A DNA stretch of 64,000 nt, from positions 24,472 through 88,471 of the forward strand of contig JBGTAN010000026.1 in NCBI GenBank assembly GCA_041749855.1, in the 5' to 3' direction. The translations under genes were made by a program, and so were the position numbers. Positions 27,578 to 36,298 of this stretch are shown here, piece by piece. Position 1 is the first letter of the stretch, and every line of letters begins with the position of its first letter. This DNA is from Bdellovibrionota bacterium (GTDB lineage: Bacteria > Bdellovibrionota > FAC87 > UBA2466). Under the pieces are notes generated by a model. The model made no database searches. It saw only the letters and a program-made list of their open reading frames with translations, and was not told where the DNA came from.

Positions 27578-28834
27578 ATGAACTTTGTCCGCGCCATAAC
27601 TCTATGCCTACTGGTCATGACCTCGGGTCATGCTGCGTTCGGCGAGTGCGGTCCAAACGGTTGCCGTACCGGGGGCGGGGCTTCTAGTTGGACGAATTTC
27701 ACGCCGAGGTTGTCTTCGCCGACCCCGGCCGGCGGAGGCGGTATGCAGGGGCAGCCGGCTGTCGATTCAGCCGCGTTGGAAAAGACCGCAGCCGACACTG
27801 CTTTAGAGGCCAAAACAAAGGAGCGCAAGGAAGCTGAGGAGGAAAAGCCTCCCAACAAGGAAAAAATAGACCGACTGAAGAAGGAAGAAGAGATTGCAAA
27901 TCAAAGGGTCCAAAATGCCAATGCCGCACTTAAACAAGCGCAGGATCGTCAGAGGGCTTTGACCGGCGACGATAGTGCTCCAAGCGACAATGCCTCCCAT
28001 GGCGGCGATGAACCTAAAAAAGGCGGCGGCGATTCTCCACCGCCACCACCACCTCCTCCTCCTCCTCCTCCTCCTCCTCCTCCTCCTCCGGCAGAAAAGA
28101 AGGGCGACGAACAGCCGCCACCACAAACGCCGCCAGCTAAGAATGAACCTCAGGCAAAGACCGAGATTCCTGAGCCAAAAGCTGATCCGCGGCTTGAAGC
28201 CATTGAGAAAGAACTTGTTGATTTGAAAACAGCGACCCTGGCCGAATCGCAACAGTCGCCTGCTACCGACGCAGCCGCTGATCAGCTTGCCGCCATCGCG
28301 AAAAATAACGAAGCCCAAGTTGCGCAAGTGTTGAAAGACGTTCAAGCCGTGAGTGCCGTGCAGAGTGATCTCAATCGCTCAAGCGGGAATCAGGTCGCTT
28401 CGACTGGATCTTCAAGTGGCACTACCCGCGGAGGGATTGCAGCCGGGATGGGCGCTTCAGGTGGGACTACAACTGCTTCGAGCCAAGCAGGGCAAGTGGC
28501 CGGAACTTCAGTGCGAGACACGCTCGGTGTCCCCGGGTCCAGCGCACGCGCTTTCAAAGCGCCGGCTCAAACGCAAGGCGCTGGTGGAAGTAGCGCTATC
28601 GAATTGTCGGATTTATCGTCTTCGGAAAACGCTCTGGCCCCTAGGGCAGCGAGTGTGGGCGGAGTTCCCACTTATGGGCGAGGGATTGCCAGCGTAAGTA
28701 CACGGTCGGTCAGTCGAGTTTCGGATCCGAATGCACCGGTTTTGCCTGGACCGCTTTCAGTGGTCATGAAGGGAAACAAAGTCGTTCTCGGTTCCACCCG
28801 CACTGAGGCCCAAGCCCGGGCACTAAAGAACTAG
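27578..28834 (+). CDS. secreted coiled-coil / poly-proline / Ser-Gly-rich protein
   Basis: The start is taken at MNFVRAITLCLLVMTSGHAAFG (ATG 27578). A charged helical segment is followed by a long proline run and then a low-complexity S/G/A/T-rich tail. Confidence 0.6.
   Translation: MNFVRAITLCLLVMTSGHAAFGECGPNGCRTGGGASSWTNFTPRLSSPTPAGGGGMQGQPAVDSAALEKTAADTALEAKTKERKEAEEEKPPNKEKIDRLKKEEEIANQRVQNANAALKQAQDRQRALTGDDSAPSDNASHGGDEPKKGGGDSPPPPPPPPPPPPPPPPPPAEKKGDEQPPPQTPPAKNEPQAKTEIPEPKADPRLEAIEKELVDLKTATLAESQQSPATDAAADQLAAIAKNNEAQVAQVLKDVQAVSAVQSDLNRSSGNQVASTGSSSGTTRGGIAAGMGASGGTTTASSQAGQVAGTSVRDTLGVPGSSARAFKAPAQTQGAGGSSAIELSDLSSSENALAPRAASVGGVPTYGRGIASVSTRSVSRVSDPNAPVLPGPLSVVMKGNKVVLGSTRTEAQARALKN
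28052..28087 (+). repeat. (CCT)12 trinucleotide microsatellite inside a CDS
   Basis: Counted directly: twelve consecutive CCT codons within an 18-codon proline run (28037-28090). Confidence 0.95.
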
Positions 28835-29535
28835 CAACTCAAGTTCAAGCCGCAGATTTCTACTTTCTGCTCAAGGATAATGCGATTCAAGAATCTCAGA
28901 GCATCTTCGTCATCGGTTCGGCAGTTGAAGTTGGTGTCTTTGATGTTCCCTTTCGAGTTAACCCCCAAAAGAAGAAGCTCACCGTTTACCTCAGAGAATG
29001 AAGGCCCTCCGGAATCGCCAAAGCAGAGTGCCGCGCCTGAGGGCTTGGTAGAGACAATGTCATAGCCGCTAAAGCCCGTGATGGTAGCAGCACCTGTTCG
29101 GAGAATGCCGTCATTGCCGCCCGTGCCCGGAGATTGGGTGCAGCCATAGCCAAAGAAAATCATGTCTTCGCCCACCACCGCTTTACCGCCGATAGAAAAA
29201 GGCTCTGCATCGACCAGTTCTTCCGTGGTTACCCCCACCGAGATGTCGTGGTCTTTGCCTTCGTAAAATCGGCTTTGCTCAAGAAGGGCTTCGTAGTCCT
29301 TTCCTTTGAATTTGAATTTTGCGGTGGTTCCCGTTTTCCCGCAATGGGCAGCCGTCAGGATGGTCCGAGGTCCGACGATGGTGGCGGTGCAACCACCCCC
29401 GTCTGTCTTGATCGAAACGATTTCCTCGAAAGTACCAGGTGCGACCGGAATGCCGTTGATGAGGGAGGGCTTTAGAACGCTGGCATTGGCTGCGAACGTA
29501 CCTAGAGCAAGACACACTACGAGTAGCGTTTTCAT
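28831..29535 (-). CDS. secreted trypsin-like serine protease (S1)
   Basis: Signal peptide, TAAHC (His), DHDISVG (Asp) and GDSGGP (Ser). Confidence 0.85.
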   Translation of the reverse strand: MKTLLVVCLALGTFAANASVLKPSLINGIPVAPGTFEEIVSIKTDGGGCTATIVGPRTILTAAHCGKTGTTAKFKFKGKDYEALLEQSRFYEGKDHDISVGVTTEELVDAEPFSIGGKAVVGEDMIFFGYGCTQSPGTGGNDGILRTGAATITGFSGYDIVSTKPSGAALCFGDSGGPSFSEVNGELLLLGVNSKGNIKDTNFNCRTDDEDALRFLNRIILEQKVEICGLNLSC

Positions 29536-29565
29536 AGGGCTCCTGTGTTTTGTAAAAATCGGGAG

Positions 29566-30279
29566 TTAGTTACAAGCTTTGGTGACGCCGCAGACGTCTA
29601 TCTTGTTGTCGGAAGCGAACTTCTTGATGAATTTGAGACTGACGGCAGCATCCAAGCGGGTGCTGTAGGTCGTGTCTGAAATATTTGCTTTGGAGTTCAC
29701 ACCGATGATCGTGCGACCCTGCGCGCTCTCCATGAAAACAGGCCCACCCGAATCGCCGAAGCAGCCTGCGACTCCATCTTCCATCTTGAGGACCATTTCG
29801 TAATGGTCAAAATGTCGGATGAGTGAAGGCCCCGTGCGCAAAGTTCCGTCGTTGCCGCCCTCGCCAGTGACGGCTTGCGTGCATCCAAAACCTGCCATCA
29901 CGACATTCTTGCCGATTTTAGCTTTTCCAGCGACAGACGTGGGCTCGGCGTCAGGGATAACTTTGCTGACTAACCCCATGGCAACATCGTGGTCATCGTC
30001 TTCATACAAATCGCTTTGGGTGATCTTGGCAGTGTAGGTTTTACCTTTGTGATCAAACGTGACGGTATCTCCGTTGGTGGCACAGTGAGAGGCCGTGATG
30101 ATAGCCTGTGGGCCTACAATCGTTGCGGTGCACAAGCCTGTGGAAGATTCTATCCAAACGACGGAAGGAAAAGATGCTGCGTCAGTTTCTCGAGCGTTGA
30201 TGAGCCACGGGCTACTCGCACTTAACGTTGAGGAGACGGACAACAATCCAATGGCAACTACGAGTGCTTGAAACCGCAT
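29566..30279 (-). CDS. secreted trypsin-like serine protease (S1)
   Basis: Motifs TASHC, DHDVAMG and GDSGGP. The start is taken at MRFQALVVAIG (ATG 30279), preceded by AAGGAG. Confidence 0.85.
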   Translation of the reverse strand: MRFQALVVAIGLLSVSSTLSASSPWLINARETDAASFPSVVWIESSTGLCTATIVGPQAIITASHCATNGDTVTFDHKGKTYTAKITQSDLYEDDDHDVAMGLVSKVIPDAEPTSVAGKAKIGKNVVMAGFGCTQAVTGEGGNDGTLRTGPSLIRHFDHYEMVLKMEDGVAGCFGDSGGPVFMESAQGRTIIGVNSKANISDTTYSTRLDAAVSLKFIKKFASDNKIDVCGVTKACN

Positions 30280-30381
30280 TGCTTCTCCTTGGCGAACGTA
30301 CTGCTTGTTGAAAACAGTATATGCCGTTGCCACGCAAAGAAGGGATCGGACTCTTGCCTTTGCGCAACTAGCGTTAACAGA

Positions 30382-32055
30382 TCAGTGCAGGGCGGGCTTC
30401 TCCAGATTAGAAAGTCGAGAAACGATACTGAACGCGTCGAGTTTATCGACCAAGAACAAGCTGTTCTTTGAAGTGTAGCCTTCGATAGCAAGTGGCACAT
30501 CGCCTGATAGACGCTTGGTGTAGGTTGCTTTGCGCGAGGCGGCGACCGGGTAGCTAAGTCCCTTGGACAACCCGTTTGTAAACACGGTCCACTCTTCTTT
30601 TGCCTGCCCTGTGCTGGCGCCTCCGAGCGCTTTTTTCCCCAGCGGCATCAAAACTTCCTGACTACCGTCGATAAAATTGATCAGAATCACCATCGGCGCT
30701 TTCATATCGGTGAAGCTGCTGTCTTTAGAAACGAGGGCCAGGCAAGCCGACTTCACACCGGTTTCCGGGAAGTAGTTGTCGCCACAGTGCGTGGGAGTAA
30801 TTGTAAATTCACCCGCTGGAGGGGGAGCGGTTCCCTGTTCCACTTTGTAATCCGTGAAACAATTACCGGATGCTCCTGTCGCATTGCGTACAAAACCGGC
30901 GCCTGAGTAGTCGGCGGCTTGCAAGCGCGTCACCTGAATCGAGCCATTCGGAATCGACACGGAGTTGCCATCGATACTGGCATAGTTCGCATTGGTAGAT
31001 TGCAGGCTGAGTGTAACGGGTTGTCCGACTTGTACCGTTTTTGGAATCGCGGTGAGTACGCAGCTCGGCGTGCTGGGAGGGGGAGGGTTGTTCATGACAG
31101 TGTAGTCTGCCCGGCACGTCGCCGATAGCCCTTGCGCATTCTTCACGGTCGCCACCGAACTTCCGGACGAAGTGGGTGTGATGCGTTTTTCCCCGTTAGG
31201 AACGTTTACGGGCGTGCCGTCGATGTCGGCACTCGTGGCATTGATGGCTGCGAGCATCAGGGACAAACCCTCGCCTTGTTTCACAGAGGAGGGGTTTGCA
31301 GTGAGTTGGCAGCTCGGGTCCGCCGGTGGAGGAGGGGTGCTTCCGCTGCAATCCGAATTGATTCCACAAATGGTAGTGCTGTTGGCTTGCGCGAAGTCTT
31401 TCATAAAGGAAATGGACTGAGGCAAATCCAGCCGCATGTACCAGCTGGTGTCGCTGATATTCCCCTTGGAGTTGATTCCCAGTAGCTTCACGCCCGCTTT
31501 GGTGAAAGCAGGCCCCCCTGAGTCGCCGTAGCAAAGAGCCGCTCCACCCGATAAACGGGAAACCATATCTGTTCCAGAGAAGTTCACTACCTTCGTATCG
31601 CCGATGCGCAAGATCCCGTCATTACCACCTGTGCCGCCCGGGTTGATGCAACCATAGCCGAGAACCGTGATGTCCAGCCCCGTCGAAGCGGTATCGCCTA
31701 CGGTCATGGGCTTCACGTCTGGAATTTCTTTGTTCACGTAGCCCAAGCAGACATCGTGTTGCACGGTTGAGTTGTTGAAGAGCGGGCTGCGCGTCATCTT
31801 CGCGGTGTAGTTCTCGCCTTTGTATTTGAAGGAAACCGTATCGCCCGTCGTTGCGCAGTGGGCAGCCGTTGCGATCACTCGGGGACCAACGAGGGTTGCC
31901 GTGCAGGCTCCTCCGCTCGAGGTGATTCGAACCACTTCGGCCCAAGTCCCCGCGGGGACGGGCGTCCCATTGATAAGGGTGGGGACGGGACCTGATTCGC
32001 CATGGGACGGCGTGTAAAGGCATAGCGCTGCCAGCAGCGTAAGAAGGGATTTCAT
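30382..32055 (-). CDS. secreted trypsin-like serine protease (S1) with C-terminal repeat domains
   Basis: Motifs TAAHC, QHDVCLG and GDSGGP. These are followed by two roughly 90-aa repeats, each introduced by a PPPP linker (C.LTA.P..V..G....L), and then a further C-terminal domain. Confidence 0.85.
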   Translation of the reverse strand: MKSLLTLLAALCLYTPSHGESGPVPTLINGTPVPAGTWAEVVRITSSGGACTATLVGPRVIATAAHCATTGDTVSFKYKGENYTAKMTRSPLFNNSTVQHDVCLGYVNKEIPDVKPMTVGDTASTGLDITVLGYGCINPGGTGGNDGILRIGDTKVVNFSGTDMVSRLSGGAALCYGDSGGPAFTKAGVKLLGINSKGNISDTSWYMRLDLPQSISFMKDFAQANSTTICGINSDCSGSTPPPPADPSCQLTANPSSVKQGEGLSLMLAAINATSADIDGTPVNVPNGEKRITPTSSGSSVATVKNAQGLSATCRADYTVMNNPPPPSTPSCVLTAIPKTVQVGQPVTLSLQSTNANYASIDGNSVSIPNGSIQVTRLQAADYSGAGFVRNATGASGNCFTDYKVEQGTAPPPAGEFTITPTHCGDNYFPETGVKSACLALVSKDSSFTDMKAPMVILINFIDGSQEVLMPLGKKALGGASTGQAKEEWTVFTNGLSKGLSYPVAASRKATYTKRLSGDVPLAIEGYTSKNSLFLVDKLDAFSIVSRLSNLEKPALH

Positions 32056-32267
32056 CCCAGTCTCCTTCCCCGTAAGCGTCGGGGGTGGGTGAGTTTTGGT
32101 GGTGATGGTGAAACTTGGAAAGGCCTACTTCTATAGTACCATCCCTTGAGACCGAAGACAGGCTTGGTTATGAAAGCACTTAGCAAGTGATACGAGCGAC
32201 GCGAAAGCCATTTCTCTTTTTGCTATGTTCCGTAAAGAATTCGAGCGGTTCGACCGATTACCTTAGG

Positions 32268-33185
32268 ATGCCGAAGTCTGCCCCCAAAGGAAGGGTCGCT
32301 ACCTACCAAGAAAAGGCGAAAGCCTCAGCCCAGGCCTATTGGCAGCGCGTTCGGCAACCCGTCTTGCGAGTGGTGCTGACGCCGTGGTTTTGGTTCAAGA
32401 AAGTGTGCTTCACCATTGGCGCCTTTGTCGTCGTGGCGCTCTTCTTCACAGGGCTCTATGTCACGTGGTTCCTGCGCTCACTTCCAGACATTCAGAACAT
32501 GAGTTTTCAAACGCTTCAAGAGATTGGCAAGAAGCGCGTCCACCAGAGGCTGGAAAACAAAAAGGCGCGTTATCGGTGGACTGAGATCAAAGACATCAAC
32601 CGTGAGTTTCTCTATAGCGTCGTACTGAGCGAGGATTCCACTTTCTTCGAACACGAAGGCTTCAACTTCGAAATGATGGTTTCTTCATTCGCTGAGAATT
32701 TGAAAGAAGGACGCCGTGTTTACGGTGCCAGCACAATCAGTCAGCAGGTCGCCAAGAACCTCTTTCTCTCAAATGAAAAAACGTATGCTCGCAAAGTGCG
32801 AGAGTTCATTATTACGCAGCGCTTGGAGCGCAAGTTCACCAAAAACGAACTTTTAGAAATCTACTTGAACATTGCTGAATTTGGTCCGGACATTTATGGC
32901 GTGGAGCCCGCAGCGAAGCATTACTTCAATCGCGCTCCCTCAAGCATCAATGCAGCCGAAGGTGCGTTCATCGCTCTGATGCTGCCGTCGCCTAAGCGAA
33001 ACTACTTTTCCATCTTCCAGAATCGCAACTTGCCTCGCACCAAAGTGCGCCGCGTGGAACGCGTTCTAAGAGACATGCTCTACGAGGAGTACTTGTCTGA
33101 AGCGCAGTACAGAAAATACGCGCGCTATCGCTATTTCTCGGACGCGATTCCGCGAGAAACCAGTTCCAAGATGCGCGATCGGTAA
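32268..33185 (+). CDS. mtgA: monofunctional peptidoglycan glycosyltransferase
   Basis: GT51 motifs EDSTFFEHEGF and GASTISQQVAKN. There is a single N-terminal TM helix. The start could also be GTG 32187. Confidence 0.85.
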   Translation: MPKSAPKGRVATYQEKAKASAQAYWQRVRQPVLRVVLTPWFWFKKVCFTIGAFVVVALFFTGLYVTWFLRSLPDIQNMSFQTLQEIGKKRVHQRLENKKARYRWTEIKDINREFLYSVVLSEDSTFFEHEGFNFEMMVSSFAENLKEGRRVYGASTISQQVAKNLFLSNEKTYARKVREFIITQRLERKFTKNELLEIYLNIAEFGPDIYGVEPAAKHYFNRAPSSINAAEGAFIALMLPSPKRNYFSIFQNRNLPRTKVRRVERVLRDMLYEEYLSEAQYRKYARYRYFSDAIPRETSSKMRDR

Positions 33186-34330
33186 GCTTCTCCGCCCACA
33201 CCAGCTTCAACCACCGGTGCGGCAGCTGGCCAGGCATTGTCGTTTTCCGCGAGCCTTGCAGCTGCTGGAGTAAATCCGCCCGGCAAAGGTCCGAGGCAGA
33301 CGCCGACCATCTTTTTCAAAGTCTTATTTGAGCAACTCGAAGCGAGAAAGCCAGGTCCGTAGACCATTAACCCCTGAGGCTCTGGATTCGAAACGTTAGC
33401 TGTGCCCTTTAAGAGCGAAGCCATTGCGCCTCGTTGGGCTTTCACCGGACTCTCATCTGGGTCGATGATGATTTCCCCGGAACCGCCCGACGCACTTTCT
33501 CCTCCGCCCCCTGAACCTTCGCCTACCGCAAGCGAAGTGGTTGTGATGCCCGATGCCGTGTCCGAATAGGGTTCATTGCCGACCGAAGCCATAACGTCAT
33601 CGCCGCCTGCGCCTCCGCCGCCCGCTCCTCCCATACCGCCGGCCATTCCTGGCATACCACCGCCCCCGCCCCCGGCAGGCATGCCGCCCCCTTGATTCAG
33701 GAAGGCGTTGGGATCTTGCGATATAGGACCGCCCGTTGTTGAAGCGCCCGTTAAAGTCGGTAAACCATTCTGTGCGATAGAGCGCGGATCAAAAGCCGGT
33801 GCGGCCCCCTGAGGCAATGAAAGCTGCGGAAGCTGAAAATTATTCTTGGGCATATCACCCAACATCATCCCGCGCCCTTCGTAAGGCTCTGAACCGGGAA
33901 GCGCCATCACAGGCGTTTCGCCCATGGGTTCTGGCAATTCAAACTGGGGTGCTTCGGAAAGCTTCGGCGGCTCCATGGGTTTCATACCCCCTGAGTCACC
34001 ACCGCCACCTCCTCCACCACCACCGCTGCCGGATCCAGAGCCTGCGCCGGACTGGGGTTGCTGGGGCACTTGCGGGACGTTGTTGGCGATGTTGTCCCGA
34101 GCCTGTTCCAAATCTGCTTTCGCCGCTTCGAGATCACGAATCTCCTCGTCAGCACTCTTGACCGCAGCATCCATTTCCAGAACTTTGCGTGCTTCTGTTT
34201 CTATGATTTCGTGCAATTGCTGGGTTTCACCCAAGACGCTAAGAAATTGAGCGGCCGTATCAGAAGCCGCTTTATCTGCATGTGCGGAAAGTGCGCCGAT
34301 CGTAATTGCAATGAGAAAAAGGCGACCCAT
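33131..34330 (-). CDS. secreted coiled-coil / Gly-rich low-complexity protein
   Basis: Signal peptide MGRLFLIAITIGALSAHA, an acidic helical segment, then poly-Gly tracts (GSGSGSGGGGGGGGGD; GGGGGGMPGMAGGMGGAGGGGAGG). Its ATG overlaps the upstream stop (TAATG at 34328-34332). Confidence 0.6.
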   Translation of the reverse strand: MGRLFLIAITIGALSAHADKAASDTAAQFLSVLGETQQLHEIIETEARKVLEMDAAVKSADEEIRDLEAAKADLEQARDNIANNVPQVPQQPQSGAGSGSGSGGGGGGGGGDSGGMKPMEPPKLSEAPQFELPEPMGETPVMALPGSEPYEGRGMMLGDMPKNNFQLPQLSLPQGAAPAFDPRSIAQNGLPTLTGASTTGGPISQDPNAFLNQGGGMPAGGGGGGMPGMAGGMGGAGGGGAGGDDVMASVGNEPYSDTASGITTTSLAVGEGSGGGGESASGGSGEIIIDPDESPVKAQRGAMASLLKGTANVSNPEPQGLMVYGPGFLASSCSNKTLKKMVGVCLGPLPGGFTPAAARLAENDNAWPAAAPVVEAGVGGEAYRSRILELVSRGIASEK

Positions 34331-35097
34331 TACGCATCTCCTCCGTGAACGGAAGCAACGCCCGATAATTGATCTACGGAAGGTGTCTGCGGAGCCGGTG
34401 CACTCTCTCTAGCAGGAACGAAACCACGAATAGTCTGAGCGAATCCGTTTATGCGTTCTTCCGCCTGTGCTCCGCGTTGCTTATATTTGCGGGCAGTATC
34501 GTTCTTTCCGAGGTTGAGAGTCAGGGCCTCCGGGATATTATCGGTACTAATTTTCGTACTCTTTTCGAGGCCTACCATTAGTTTCTGAGTTTCATCTTCG
34601 GTAGCCGTAACCAGTTTAGATGCCTCCCTTAAACCCGCGATACCTCTTTCAATGTCGGCGGCAGAGGTCCCAGGGAAGATAGCTCCGCTCGTGCCCTGAG
34701 ATGCTAAGGCAAGGGAAGCTCGAAAGACGGCGATGAATCGTTCGACTTTCTCTGTGTTCTGCCTGTCTTGCGAAGACACCATTTTGTTGGCGGTGGCAGT
34801 GACAAGTTTTGTTGGAAGTTCAGGCAATTCCGACGCGGCCTGCTGATAAGCTTTTTGAAGTTCAGCGAGCTTTTTGCGACCAGCGCGAATGGCTCCAGCA
34901 ACTTCTCGAATGCGCTCATTCATTTCCGCTACTTGTGCTGCGTGGGCGTTTTCCAACTCTGCGTTATGTGCCGCATTCTGATTGAACTGATTCTGGGCGG
35001 CTCCAGGATTGACGGGAGCTACGGGCGCAACGCCAGTCTCGCCGTTCGCAAGACCTGCGGTCAAAATGAGTGCTAAAAAGCTGTATTTACGTATCAT
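34330..35097 (-). CDS. secreted helical hypothetical protein
   Basis: The start is taken at MIRKYSFLALILTAGLANG (ATG 35097). It is Ala/Gln/Glu-rich and predicted helical, and is translationally coupled to the downstream Gly-rich protein. Confidence 0.6.
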   Translation of the reverse strand: MIRKYSFLALILTAGLANGETGVAPVAPVNPGAAQNQFNQNAAHNAELENAHAAQVAEMNERIREVAGAIRAGRKKLAELQKAYQQAASELPELPTKLVTATANKMVSSQDRQNTEKVERFIAVFRASLALASQGTSGAIFPGTSAADIERGIAGLREASKLVTATEDETQKLMVGLEKSTKISTDNIPEALTLNLGKNDTARKYKQRGAQAEERINGFAQTIRGFVPARESAPAPQTPSVDQLSGVASVHGGDA

Positions 35098-35282
35098 CCT
35101 AATCCCCCCGGATAGGTCGGCCTTTGGTGCGCGAAACAAGAGCGCAGGTGAAGACCGTTTGTCTTTATTAAATGCAATCACAGGGCCCAAATTCCACGCA
35201 CTCGGTGGCGGCAGAATACGCATAAAGCTTCAGGGGGGTGTCAAAGCGTTAGACAGGGGTCGTCTTTGCCCAGGGAAATCGT

Positions 35283-35296
35283 CTCTCGCGCGAGAG
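35283..35296. repeat. 14-nt palindrome CTCTCGCGCGAGAG (left flank of HNH gene 1)
   Basis: Read directly. The 17 nt CTCTCGCGCGAGAGGTT recur at 36224-36240. Confidence 0.85.
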
Positions 35297-35402
35297 GTTG
35301 GTCCCGGCTTTTAGCTTTTTATCGTCGATAAAATCGTATTTTCAGCTTGCCAAACCGCACGGTACGAAATACATACATGTGTATTCATTTGAGACGTGCA
35401 AA

Positions 35403-36284
35403 ATGCTAAAGGAAATGAGTGATAATGGGCTGATGGCAGGGATTGTAGAAGAGGTCGGAGTGGAGAAACGCTCTACCGCGCAGGTGCTGGAGTATTTGGT
35501 TGAGATAGATAGCCGTCGGCTTTGGCTCGTTGAGGGCTACTCCAGTCTGTATGACTTCTGCGTTCGCTTTTTGAACTACTCTGAAGGAGAAGCAGGTAGG
35601 CGCATCCAAGCCGCTCGTTGCTCAGCGCAGTTTAAGGAAGTGGCCCCACTCCTGGAGCGGAACGAACTATCGCTTTCAGGTGTGAGCCTGATTGCCCCCT
35701 ACCTCACTCACCAAAACAGCTCGACGCTATTGCCTGAAGTTTGCAAGAAGTCGACGCGTGAGATTGAAACGATCTTGTGTCAGCACTTTCCTGAGGCGAG
35801 GCAAAAGGAAGAATTCTTCAAAGCTTCGCTGGATGAAGAGCTCAAAAGGCTCTTGGAGCAAGCGCACCGGGAAGTGTCCGAGAAGGACGAAACCGTCTTC
35901 TTGAAACGAGTTCTGAAGCAGTTTCTAGCGGCAAAACGCCCTCGCAATGTAAAACCTATTAAACACACGCGCTATGTTCCGAAGGCGCTCAGGCAGCAGG
36001 TTAAAGCGGCTTCACGTCACCGCTGCTCCTTCCGCTCCGCCTCGGGGGTTCAGTGTAACCAAACCGCTCATTTAGAGATAGATCACATTCGGCCGTGGGC
36101 AAAAGGTGGCAGCAGCCAAGACATTGAGAATCTCAGGGTGTTGTGCCGGGCCCACAATCAGCTTGCTGCCAAACAGGCTTTTCCCGATCGGCAGGGCCTA
36201 CCGGAAAGGAAAAAGAATCAACCTCTCGCGCGAGAGGTTCGGGCAAACGGAGGAATCCATATCCCAAAGCAAAGACTCGGGTAG
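35403..36284 (+). CDS. HNH endonuclease with DUF222-like N-terminal region
   Basis: C-terminal motif HLEIDHIRPWAKGGSSQDIENLRVLCRAHNQ. The N-terminal helical region (VLEYLVEIDSRRLWLVEGYSSLYDFCVRFLNYSEGEAGRRIQAARC) is like DUF222-HNH proteins. ATG 35403 was chosen over the TTG at 35298. Confidence 0.75.
   Translation: MLKEMSDNGLMAGIVEEVGVEKRSTAQVLEYLVEIDSRRLWLVEGYSSLYDFCVRFLNYSEGEAGRRIQAARCSAQFKEVAPLLERNELSLSGVSLIAPYLTHQNSSTLLPEVCKKSTREIETILCQHFPEARQKEEFFKASLDEELKRLLEQAHREVSEKDETVFLKRVLKQFLAAKRPRNVKPIKHTRYVPKALRQQVKAASRHRCSFRSASGVQCNQTAHLEIDHIRPWAKGGSSQDIENLRVLCRAHNQLAAKQAFPDRQGLPERKKNQPLAREVRANGGIHIPKQRLG
36222..36237. repeat. 16-nt palindrome CCTCTCGCGCGAGAGG (right flank, inside the 3-prime end of HNH gene 1)
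   Basis: Read directly. Confidence 0.85.
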
Positions 36285-36298
36285 AATAAAAAACACCT

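Noticed and set aside
27803-28345. A 180-aa minus-strand ORF containing a long poly-Arg run.
   Set aside because: It is an artefact of reading the (CCT)n microsatellite in an antisense frame (AGG codons). It is embedded in the better-supported plus-strand secreted protein gene.
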